From assembly GCF_001194135.2 (NCBI RefSeq), contig NC_068996.1, forward strand, positions 50,479,530 to 50,543,529: 64,000 bases of DNA, given 5' to 3'. Made by a program: the position numbers and the translations under genes. The DNA is from Octopus bimaculoides. Lineage: Eukaryota. Positions within the stretch are counted from its first letter, which is position 1, and every line of letters begins with the position of its first letter. Positions 1-12,141 of the stretch are shown here, one piece after another. The notes under the pieces are model-generated. The model saw only the letters and a list, made by a program, of their open reading frames with translations. It was not told the origin of the DNA and did not search any database.

Positions 1-2020
1 TGTGGAAGGGAATAGTCATTTACATTGACCTCAGTGTTCAACTGGTACTTATTTTATCGACCCCAAGAGAGTGAAAGGCAATGTTAACCTCAGTAGAATT
101 TGAACCTAGAACATAAAGAGCCAAAAGAAATGTTGCTAAACATTTTGTCTGGTGTCCTAATAATAACTCTTGCTAGCTTGTTACCCTTTATTTAATAAGG
201 GTTTCGAATTTTTAGCACAATGCCAGCAATTTCAAGGAACAGGGTAAGCCAATTGCATGATTCTAGTACTCAGCTAGTATCTTTTTTATCAACCACGAAA
301 GGATGAAAGGTAAAGTTGACCTCAGTAGAATTCAAGCGTAAAAATAGACAAAATGCTGCTAACCGTTTTGCATTGCATGCTAAAAATTATGCCAGCCCAC
401 CACCTTAAATTACTAAACTAAATTTATAGAGGAAATATAATGTAGCCCGAGGGCAGTGTTTCTACTAAATATATGCACATTTGATTCCCAATTTGTGTAG
501 CTTTTCTGATGTGTTCTGTCGAATTTCCCTTTGTATGCTTTCTTTTGGTTAATTGCACTCGCTTGCTCAATAACTAAATTTAGAATAGTGATAAGCAATC
601 AAAAGCAATGTTAGAATTTAGGAAGAAATCAGGTTTTATGTTGACTTAGCTAGGTGCACAGTTTATCATATATACATAATCAGATTTTATACCTTTTGTA
701 TGATAGTGAATTGAATTGCACACCTAATATGTACTGGAAAAAAAGTCTTATTGGAAAACTCAAATATGTGGTTGTATAATTTATCATTTCCTCTGCATTG
801 CTTTTCCATCAATATATATTTGTATATTTTAGTAATAACAGCCTATATAAAGATACAATAACAGACGTACAGAGATGGGAAATATATTATTTTTATTACC
901 ATTCATTGCATGACATATAACATGCACAGTGGAGATCTCATTGAAGGAATTAACTATAACAGACTTCATGCTATAGTCCTTGTCATGTATTGTAACAGTC
1001 TCCTTTAATGATCATTATTTTAAAATATTGTGCATTACAATCAAATACTTTAGAAAATGAGTCTAGTTTGTATTTGGCACAATTGATATAGGTAAATTAA
1101 GACCATTTCTCTTCTTCAGCTTTTTATTTCTTCAAAAATGTCCAACAAATATGAAAGGATACTGGAATTAAAATAATTTGGCTGATGCTTGATTGAGCTT
1201 ATAATTTGGAGAAATTTTTTTACTGATATTCTTGTAGAAAGTAGCATCGTGAAGTGTATGAAAGAGAGAGAGAGAGAAAAGACAAAAGGTGAGCAGAATC
1301 CTTCAAGTGAATTAAAATTAGTTTTCTGTAGTTGAAATCTTTAGTAATAAAAGACACTTGAAAAACCACATTTTAATGCAAATTTGTTTTAAGAATTTTC
1401 TGGACAGTGTAGACTTTAATAACTATTTCTGTTTTGTTTTTTTGCTAAAAGCTATACACTCCCAATTAATTAATAAGCAATAGTTTTCGTCATTATGCAG
1501 GTGAAGATTAAGAGCACTGTTATTTTATTATTTGTGACATATAGATTAAAACTAATAGAACCATAAATAGAAAAGTGTCAAAGAATTTGGTCTGTAATGT
1601 TGCATTTGATGATTGGAGAATTAGCAGCTTAGGTATGAATACATTTTAAATTGTTGCTGTTTGATAATCCAATCTTAATTTCAAATGTTGTCTGACTCTT
1701 CAACCCAAGTATAGCTGAGGTTTAATCCGAAATTCTTTCCTAACAAGACTTAATACATTTCCATGTAACTTTGTGATCAATTCTTATGCTTTCATAATTT
1801 TTGTCAGTTGTTTATTTCCTATAGTTGTGCAGAATTCTAGATGATCTTCTCTTTTAGATGTTACTACTTGCAAAACACCACTCTTCCAAATGCTAATTAC
1901 TTTTCATACAAATTTATTGAAAGATACTTTACAGCAAGTCATGCAAATGTTTCGTTGTCTTAAAGAGTAAATGGTGAGAAGGATGTACTGAAGGATCCAT
2001 TTCATCTTGCAGTACTTGTT

Positions 2021-2960
2021 CTTCATCATCATCGTTGTTTAATGTTTATTTTCCATGCTGGCATGGGTTGGACGGTTTGACTGAGGTCTGGCAAGCCAGC
2101 AGCTGCATCAGGCTCCTATCTGATCTGGTAAGGTTTCTACAGCTGGATGCCCTTCCTAACACCAACCACTCTGAGAGTGTAGTGGGTGCTTTTTATGTGC
2201 CACAGGCACAAGGGCCAGTCAGGCGGTACTGGCATCAACCACGCTTGAATGGTGCTTTTTACATGCCACCAGCACGGGAGCCAGTCAAGGGGCACTAGCA
2301 TCGACCACATTCAGATGATGCATTTTATGTGCCACCGGAACAGGAGCCAGTCAGGGGGCATTGGCCACAGCTACGATATTTGTTTTACTTGATTCAACAG
2401 GTCTTCTCAAACATATCATATCGCCTGATGCATCAAGGATACTTTTAAATGGGCCAGACATGCAACACTGGCATCGGTTATGGCTGCAATCTCACTTTAG
2501 TTACCAGGTCTTCTTAATCACAGCATATCTCCAAAGGTCTCGGTCTCCTGTTGTTGCATCTGTGAGGTCCAACGTTCGAAGGTCATGTTTCACCACCTCA
2601 TCCCATGTCTTCCTGAGTCTACCTCTTCCACAGTTAGTGGTGGCACTTCCACACAGCTGTCCTCATCCATATCTAACACATGACCATGCCAGCACAGCTG
2701 TCTCTCTTGCACACCACATTTGATGCTTCTTATGTCCAACTTCTCTTTCAGTGTGCTCACACTCAGTCATGTATGCACACTGACATTACACATCCAGCAG
2801 AGCACACTAGCTTCATTTCTTTCAAGCCTACGCATGTCCTCAGCAGACACAGCCCATGTTTCACTATTGTGTAGCATGCATCATACAGTCTACCTTTCAT
2901 CCTGAGCCCTTAGTGGCCAGCAGAGGTAGGAACTCTGTTATAGATGGCAATCTCTATTTC
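2021..2960 (-). mobile_element. RTE-clade LINE 3' fragment (RT C-terminus, modular 3' UTR, (GAT)n tail), decayed
   Basis: The minus strand encodes ...LHNSETWAVSAEDMRRLERNEASVLCWMCNVSVH..., matching the cleaner copy at 59.3 kb. Tail ccatgctggcatgggttgga/catcatcat. Confidence 0.85.
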
Positions 2961-5900
2961 AATCAACCTGATTTAAGGAGATGGTTAGCTTGCAATCTTC
3001 AAACCTGTTTGATGATGAAGTCTTGAGTTTGATGCACTTTTCACCAAGTTGCCTTTGGAGAAAGCATCTCAGGCTGCATTTTAAAGTAAAGACTTGTAAC
3101 ACTGTGAAGTCTTTAGCCCCACTAGCTTCAATTGTAATGAAAAGACAGCTTTTTCCAAACTATCAATATCATTGAAGGATGTAACCAGTATTAAGGCAGT
3201 ATGACAGTGGGTGAAGTTCAAAAACAACTACTGTTGACTTGCAACATCAATTGTGTCATTCACAGATCTGAACTTTGAACCTGTGTAATGTATGCATTCT
3301 CAGATGGCTATCCAGAATTCCATCATTGCAAGATGAAATGTTTGCTTACGTCAAAATTGTGCTGGCAATGTTTTAAGTCAATCCTGTTGAAAAAGACAAA
3401 TGATAAAAAAATATTCCAGCTGTAGCTATCTTTTTTTTTTTTTTTTTGTTTTATTGTTTTCAAATATTTATTTTTATCTAGGGTGCACTTTATGTAACAT
3501 TTTTTAAAGATGGTTGACTGATTTGACTGAGATTTAGTAACTACTACAGCAAGTTCTCCCCACCCCCTTTCTCTCTCATTACCTATATAATTTCCCTTTT
3601 TTTTTCTTTCAGGATTTGCACTTTTTTCTTGAAATAATTTTATATTTCAATGCATTTTTTAATAATGTTTGTGTACAATTTGCATTTCACCATTTTGTTG
3701 CTTTCTTTAAATTTTGAGTTTCATTTATGTCTTGGAAATTCTCTTTTGAAAACATTCAGTAAATTATTTTCATACCTAAGATGTGCTTTCTTTGGATTAA
3801 GTGTTCTATGTCATAGTTTAAGAAAAGAAATGTTTTTCAAATTATATTTAAGCATTCAAAATCCCACAAACTGTTTTAACAAGTAAGATCACTATTTTTA
3901 TATTAAACTTTTGAATTTACCATTATTATCCTGTGTTGGTGCTTTCCACTTTAACATTTTTTTTTCGAAAGGTTTTCATTTAATTTCTCCTTCTCCCTAC
4001 TAATAATCCATTTTGTATCTTCCTTACATTTTTTTCTATTACAACCAAAATTTCCTCGCTTTTAAGATTTTCAACCAATATTACCATTCTTTTAACTCCT
4101 GAAATTTTCCCCTTTAATTTATACACCATTTGTTTCTGATACCTTATTCAGCAATTTTCCTCAGGTTTTGCTTGTAATATACCCCTCATACTTCATGTTC
4201 TTGCTTCTAATGCTTATGTTTGCATTATGCTGTGAACAAAGTCGAAATTTCATATGATATCATGTGGATGATGTCTGAAAAAAAACCCCAACTTTTTTTT
4301 ATAAAATTCTTTTTATATTTCATTCTCTCATCACAATAGCACTTAACATCAATTGTTTGTATGGATGTTTGAAAAACAAACCTGAATTTGCAGACACATC
4401 TAATGTATATTATCAAACCACTTCCTTACATATCAAATGTGACTAAACTGTCTAATATATTTTTACAGTGTATATAATTTAGATTTGTAAACTTCTTTAC
4501 ATTTTGCTTATCCTTTAACTGTAAAAGTTTTTTAATATACATACTGTTTCATGGTTAGATTTGCCTTGCATTTTAACTGCAATGGCCAGTTTATATGAAA
4601 CTCAAAATCAATTGCATGATACTCAAATTGTATACATATTGCATTCTGGATATGAAAGTTTCATAACACCTGGACAAAGAAGAAAATTACAAGGTGTTTT
4701 CTGTTTGTTTGACCCATTTCAATATAGTTAGAAGAAATTTGATATGATTATATAATCTATTCTTACTTTTGAATGTTAGTTTAGAAAAAGAAAAAAGATA
4801 AAATTAGAAATCAATATGGCATGGAGAGTTTGTTGGGAATGTATTCTCCAGTCTTCAAGTTACGATCTTTATCTTAGATGACATGGTTGAACAGATAGAG
4901 ATAATGAGTTCAAGTTTCATTGTGGTTTGTAGACAAAAACACTTTAAAAATATCTCCACTACATTCAGATGGTTATAACCTCTGTAGGTGACCTGGTTGG
5001 CTGAATGCATAAGGTGTTGGATTGAGTACCCAGAGGTAATGAGCTCAAGTCTCGCTGTAGACATTTCATTGTGATTTCTAGACACAACACCTTGTTATCT
5101 GTTTACCTTAGCTTAGATGGGAATAAGATGTCCAAGACTTTTTGTCAATGTTATTGATCTCTTATAAAAAAATAAAAAACTTCTGACCCCACAATATCAA
5201 AGAAATGATTCTATTTATCAAAATACTGTGAGTGAATTAGATAAAAGGCCATTGTTTTTTTTGTTTTTTTTCCATATGCTTGATGGAATTAGCAAGCTGA
5301 AGGGGTTGATGTCTCCAATGTGTCATGTTTTCTTCCTGTTTATGGTAAGACAGAGTCAGTGGAACAAATGAAATTTAAAACAAACAAAAAAAATCACATT
5401 TTATTTCTCAGAATTTACTTTTCAGGATCTATTTATGCTAATAAAACTGTCCATTTTCCCACAATAACATGTGTTGGATGGATCTGTTCCAGTAGAATTG
5501 ATTGAATAGACCTGTGGTCATTATTTCATTAATTCTGGTGGGGTTTGATCTTAGGCTGTAGACAAAATTGAAGCCATTTTAGCCAGGGCTCTGCTTAATG
5601 TTTCTGTTTTAATAATTGTTTTCAACATACAAGAACAGGAATTTTGAAGGTAAGGGTTAGATGATAAAAATGGACCCCTTTACTTGACTGGTACTTTACT
5701 TTATCTTGGATAAAGGATGGAAGAAATACTGCTTGGCATTTTGTCTGATAATTATGCCAATCTACCATTCACATTTCTGCTATTATGTTGATCCTTTCTA
5801 CTATAGGCACATAGCCCGAAATCTTGTGGGAGTGGACTAGTTGATTACATCAACTCCAGTATTCAACTGCTACTTATTTTATCAACCCCGAAAGGATGAA

Positions 5901-6330
5901 AGGCAAAGTTGACCCTGGCAGAATTTGAACTCAGAATGTAAGGTCAGATGAAATATCACTAAGCATTTTGCCCACTGTGCTAATGATTCTGTCAGGGCAC
6001 CACCTTGATGATAATGGTGATAATAATCCTTTATAATTTTTGGCACAAGATCAGCAATTTTGAGGGGAGTGGGTAATTGATTGTATCAACCCCAGTGCTT
6101 AACTGGTACTTATTCTATTAACCTTGGAAGGAAATAAAGCCAAGTTGACCTTGGCAAAATTTGAACTATTATTATCAATATCTTAAATAGTTATATTGAT
6201 AGGTAAATTAAGATTGTTAGCATTGATTTAGGATTCAGTGAAATGAAATTTAATGGAAGCCAGAAAGTATTTTATTTTTCTAGGGAATATTTGTGAGATT
6301 TGAAAGGGTTTTAAGTGTTTAAATTCATCG

Positions 6331-6870
6331 TTGTCGTCATTGTTTGATATATGTTTTCCATGCTGGTATGGCTTTGATGATTGTTGGTCAACCAGAGAGC
6401 TGTCCAGACTCCAATTGTTCGTTTTGATATGGTTTTTGTGGCTGGATGCCCTTCCTAACACCAACCACTTTACAGATTGTGCTGGGTGCTTTTTATGTGG
6501 CATCTGCACAAGTACATTTTACATGGCATCGGCACCTGTAAAGGACAAGTCTCTATGTACAGATGACTGCGATTTTACTTTGCTTGACATATCTTCTCAA
6601 GTACAGCAAATCCTCTGTGAGGCCCAACATCTGAAGATCCTTTCTCACCACTTTGTCCCACATCTTCCTGGGTCTTCCCCTTCCACAGGTTCCTCCACAT
6701 TTAGAGGTCAGCACTTCTTTAAGCAGCTGTCTTCATCCACACGCATCACATGACCAAACCAGCACAGTCATCTCTTTTGCACACAACATCTGATGCCTCT
6801 TACACCCAGTTTTCCTCTTAAATCATTCACACTGTGTCATGATGTTGCAGGATAAACATTTTGAAGGTGG
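6331..6870 (-). mobile_element. Older RTE LINE 3' fragment
   Basis: Same 3' tail (ttttccatgctggtatgg, ggatgcccttcctaacaccaacc) followed by RT C-terminal antisense sequence (ccacatcttcctgggtcttccccttccacagg). Confidence 0.75.
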
Positions 6871-7016
6871 ACACGATCGAATCTTGTGTCTATTGAGTCC
6901 TTATTATCCCAATCATTCATATGTATATATATAGCAGGAAATGTAATGTCTACACACACATGCACATATATAGTGTGTGATTATGTATATATATGTATGT
7001 GTGTGTATATATATAT

Positions 7017-7240
7017 AAAGGGCAGCGAGCTGGCAGAGTCATTAGCACACCAGGCAAAATGCTTAGCTGTATTTCGTCTGCCGTTACATTCTGAGTTCAA
7101 ATTCCGCTAAGGCCGACTTTGCCTTTCATCCTTTCGGGGTCGATTAAAAAAGTACCAGTTACGCACTGGGGTCGATATAATCGACTTAATCCCTTTGTTT
7201 GTCGTCTCTATGTTTAGCCCCTTGTGGGCAATTAAGAAAT
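7017..7240 (+). mobile_element. tRNA-derived SINE family B (central gactttgcctttcatcctttcggggtcgat...aagtaccag domain)
   Basis: tRNA-like head (gagctggcagag...gagttcaaattcc). The central block resembles the conserved Meta-type SINE domain as I recall it (unverified). Copies at about 1-410(-), 5620-6170(-), 17048-17900(+) and 62698-62870(+). Confidence 0.8.
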
Positions 7241-7347
7241 ATATATATATATATATGTATATGTATGTATATATATGTATGTATGCATATATGCTTTTGT
7301 TTTACTGGGAAGCAATACTACTGTATTGCACTATTTAATCATTTTGT

Positions 7348-7388
<41 letters not shown>

Positions 7389-7400
7389 TATGGAAACATA

Positions 7401-7651
7401 TGTTGTTGAAAAACCTTATCAAAAACACGTATTAAAATGGAATATGTAGAGAAAAAAGTTATTATTAAAATAAGTGTTCATAGTGTACTTCCTTTTTTCC
7501 TGCAAGAGCACATGGTAATTTCCTTTACCATATGTTCTTGTAGGAAAAAAGGAAGTACACTATGAACGTTTATTCTAATAATTTTATTAATAACTTTTTT
7601 CTCTACATATTCCATTTTAGTACATACTTTTGATAAGGTTTTTCGACAACA
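7401..7651. mobile_element. Foldback element or MITE with about 120-bp inverted arms
   Basis: Left arm tgttgttgaaaaaccttatcaaaa...gtacttccttttttcctgcaagagcacatggtaa is complementary to right arm ttaccatatgttcttgtaggaaaaaaggaagtac...ttttgataaggtttttcgacaaca. Confidence 0.85.
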
Positions 7652-8367
7652 GAAACTGTAAAATTTTAAATCTAATATAAGTATTAAGATTATTTAGCAT
7701 AAATAACATTTTGTATTGGAAATTACAAGTGTTACTAAATTTGGATATTTCATTATAATAGAATTTTATATATATGTATGTATTATCATTTTTAGCTATT
7801 TTTTCTTCTATATTTCTTCTGTTAGTAGTTACTATTAAAAAGAAGGAAAGTACCTTACCAATCTTGGAGGTAGACTTTGAAAAGCCTCTAAAATTAGTAA
7901 ATAAAAGGTAGGAGAAACTATGACTTATTGCAGTATTGGATTGATTTATCTGCAAAGTGAAAAATCTTGTCCAGTCAAAAGGACCAGGTGGAGTCCACTT
8001 TGTTGTGGACTCCACCTTGCCTCTTAGATGCCTTTGGCAATGTTAAAGTGGTCAATAAATTAACTCTCCTACCTAAGGATAGGTTCATTCCAGTTGACTT
8101 GCTTCTATAGTGTTTCCCTCTCTCCAGTTTCACTTGCACAACTCAAGTCAACTTTGAGGCTATGCTAGAAGGTGTCATGCAGAAAGATTGCATTCAGAAC
8201 TGTTTGATTGTGAAGTGAACTTTTTAACCTCACAGCCATGCCTGTTGCAGTGTTAACTGAACCAGTAGGGGCAGATAATATGTTACTACAATTAGGGGAT
8301 TTAGTGCTTGAATTACAAATATTGCCGTATTTAAACTGACTTTCCCTTTTTTTGTTTTCATTTTTAG

Positions 8368-8436
8368 CCATCTGTTCGTTTGACTCCAGCAGCTATATTA
8401 TATGCAGGCAAGAATCGAGATGGTACTCACATACTT
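8368..8436 (+). CDS. BCKDK: BCKDK exon ([23 protein letters not shown]), 69 nt
   Basis: ttttag|CCA...CTT|gtaagt; homologous to human [23 protein letters not shown] (recalled). Confidence 0.95.
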
Positions 8437-9745
8437 GTAAGTATACTCTCTCTTTGTGTGTGTAATGTAATTATCTTCTATCTTTTACTTGTTTCAGTCA
8501 TTGGTCTATGGCCATGCTCGAGTACCACCCTGAAGGGTTCAGTCAAGCAAATCAGTCCCATTACTTATATTTTTAAGCCTGGTACTTATTCTATCAGTCT
8601 CTTGGTGAACCACTAAGTTAGAGACGTTAACAAAGCAATAACAGTTGTCAAGCATTAGTAGGACACACACACAAACACACACCCACGCAAACACACACCC
8701 ATGCNNNNNNNNNNATGCAAACACACACCCACGCAAACACACACCCACGCAAACACACACCCATGCACACAAAAACATGCAAGCACGCATGCAAACATGC
8801 ACACAAGCACATACATGCACACAAGCACATACATGCAAATACGCACACAAACACATACATGCAAACACACACCCACGCAAACACACACCCACGCAAACAC
8901 AAAAACATGCACACAAGCACATACATGCACACAAACACATACATGCACACAAACACATACATGCAAACACACACACCATTTAATGTCCAGCTTCCATGCT
9001 GACATATAGATGTATGTGAGTGTTTAATTGTGAATAATAGACAGAAAATGTTTTTTCGTCTAAGCAAAAGAAATGAAATAAAATGCTTTGCGCAAACCAA
9101 GTCCTGGTGACATTGACTCCAGCAGCATATTGCATTTCATGGAAACAACTGAATATTATATTTTGAAGTGTATATATCTAGGTCATGTGAGCAAAATTTT
9201 TTTACTAACTCAATTCAGAATGTTTTTGTTTTTTTTTTTTCGTTTCCATTGAATATTGTCTCAAAGGAAGTCAAAACTCTATTTTCAAATGACAATTTCT
9301 CTGACAAAAAGATTCCTCTTATATGAAGTTTCTGGCTGTTTATTTTTATTTGATCTTGTATATTTATTAGAACATATATAAAAAATACCATCAGTACAAA
9401 TACTGCTGCTGCTGCTACTACTACTACTACCTATCTATTTATCTTTCTACCTACCTATCTACCAGTCATTGTTTTTCTATCTTGCTCAGCAGAAAGAAAA
9501 ATATAAATATTGGTGGTCTACTCTTACTTGTTTCTGTCATTTGACTGTGGTCATGCTGGAGCACTGCCTTAAAAGGGTTTTTTAGTTGAAGAAATCAACC
9601 CAGGATTTATCCTTTGTAAGGCTAGTACTTATTCTGTTGGTCTGTTTTGCCAAACTACTAAGTTATGGGGACATAAACACACCAACATCGGTTGTCAAGT
9701 GATGGTGGAGGGACAAACACAGGCACAAAGACAATACATGCATAA

Positions 9746-9824
<79 letters not shown>

Positions 9825-11010
9825 TGCACACATACATGACAGGTTTCTTCCAGTTTCTGTCTACCAAATCCACTCACAAGGCTTTGGTTGTCCCAAGGCT
9901 ATAGCAGAAGACAATTGCCCAGAACCAAGAGGTTGGGAAGCAAGCTTCTAACCATACAGCCACATTTTTTTTTCACTAAAATGAAAAATGCCCCTCCACC
10001 CACAAAACAACATAAAACCTCGATAAATAAATTGTATTCACTTGTATAGAAATTAAGGTATGTTATTCTTATTGTAATGTTCAGTTTGAACTTTGCACAT
10101 TTGGTTTGTATGAAACTTGTCAAACCTACATAGATACACACTTATGTTTCTCCTGTGTCTCTATAATGGAATCCTATTTGAAATTTCCTTCTGACCTTTT
10201 TTGATATCAACCTGCCTGAAACCACCCTTGGCTCTATGATATAAACTGTCTATTTTAAATGGATCTAAGTTCAAACCTTTCATCAAGTCTTCCTTTTATG
10301 TTCCAAACATGTATTTAGTAATGACAATGTTATTTCACTAAACTGTTTATTACTTTCATAATTAATTGTAATGAAGGAAATATATTTCAACAGAAAGGGT
10401 TAAACAATAAATGTACAATGAATCTGGATTTGCTTTAATTTTAGTTTGTTTTTCATGCTGGTTACAGAAGCAGTGAAATAATTAAATAAATAAAATATAG
10501 TTCAAATTGTACAAAAACCAGAAGAGTGTAACAGACGAGGGAACAACAGAACAAGATATATTAGTTTGATGCTCAGGGAAACTGGAAGAGTCTTTGACAT
10601 TTTGAGCCCACACTCTTCTTCATAAAGGAATGAGGTGTGAAAACGGAAGGAGAGAGGAAAGAAAACAGAGAAATAAAGATGTCTGAACACATATGCACAC
10701 ACATATATACACACGGGTGTACACATACACACAAAACATTTTATCATTTCTTGTAATCTAACTCTATTAATGTGACTGACAAACATGGGTTCATTCTTAC
10801 ATATCAAGATAACTGTTTAGTGGTTAAAAAGTAGTGCTGTCAAACTAATGCTCCTCTTAAACACATTCCACAAGTGTCAGGATAAATAGATACAAGGAAT
10901 GGGTTCATTTTGTTTGTGTATGGTGGGTTTCTTTATAGCTTGGAAAATGTTTTGATTACTACCTGTTGAATTGGGTATTGACTTTAAATCTGTTACATAT
11001 ATATGTATGT

Positions 11011-11075
<65 letters not shown>

Positions 11076-12097
11076 NNNNNNNNNNNNNNNNNNNNNNNNN
11101 NNNNNNNNNNNNNNNNNNNNNNNNNNNNNNNNNNNNNNNNNNNNNNNNNNNNNNNNNNNNNNNNNNNNNNNNNNNNNNNNNNNNNNNNNNNNNNNNNNNN
11201 NNNNNNNNNNNNNNNNNNNNNNNNNNNNNNNNNNNNNNNNNNNNNNNNNNNNNNNNNNNNNNNNNNNNNNNNNNNNNNNNNNNNNNNNNNNNNNNNNNNN
11301 NNNNNNNNNNNNNNNNNNNNNNNNNNNNNNNNNNNNNNNNNNNNNNNNNNNNNNNNNNNNNNNNNNNNNNNNNNNNNNNNNNNNNNNNNNNNNNNNNNNN
11401 NNNNNNNNNNNNNNNNNNNNNNNNNNNNNNNNNNNNNNNNNNNNNNNNNNNNNNNNNNNNNNNNNNNNNNNNNNNNNNNNNNNNNNNNNTGACTGGATTT
11501 TCATGGATGAGTTCATGAACTTTGGTTCTTTTCTCTAAATTATATATTTATATTATATATTTATATTATATATATATATATATATATATCAACAAAACAG
11601 GAAGTTGGACAATTTTTGAGTGTTGTTTATTCACCATTACACATGTTTCATTTGCTAATAGAAATTACCAAGAAATTCTTCAAAGCGTTTTATCCTCTTT
11701 ACTTTATATATATGAGAGAGGGAGAGAAAGAAAACGGGGGTTGAAGAAATCCAGGCAAATACATCAGTGAGCACTCTCTGCAATAAGACTCCATCCCACT
11801 TTTACAAGTTTTGCTTGTAGCAGACTGTAAAAAAAAAAAAAAAGGAATCTAACAATATCTTTCATACTTTCATGAGAACGATTGGGGGAATTACTGTGCT
11901 ATTAATTAATTGATTGATTATGTGTACAAACCATTTTATGATGTGGAAACAGTTTCTCCAGCTATTCAAAATATACAGAAGACAAAAAAATTATTGTGTA
12001 AAGATATAATTCTTCATTTTTTGTCTGATTAATATATACATTTATATATACATACATGCATACACACACATACATCATATATACATATACACACATG

Positions 12098-12141
<44 letters not shown>

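Noticed and set aside
4987-5060. tRNA-like sequence (also 14060-14115 minus, 15443-15510 and 62958-63025)
   Set aside because: Degenerate A and B boxes with no intact cloverleaf; these are SINE heads, not tRNA genes.
1-8367. Search for the BCKDK first coding exon (transit peptide and a TSFY.QSAID-like segment)
   Set aside because: No matching sequence seen; it probably lies upstream of the window.
8539-9100. Long His/Thr and Cys/Val-rich ORFs (also near 11 kb, 34.4 kb, 38.5-39.4 kb and 59.3-60.5 kb)
   Set aside because: Translations of microsatellites and N gaps; only the RTE part at 59318-59561 is real coding-derived sequence.
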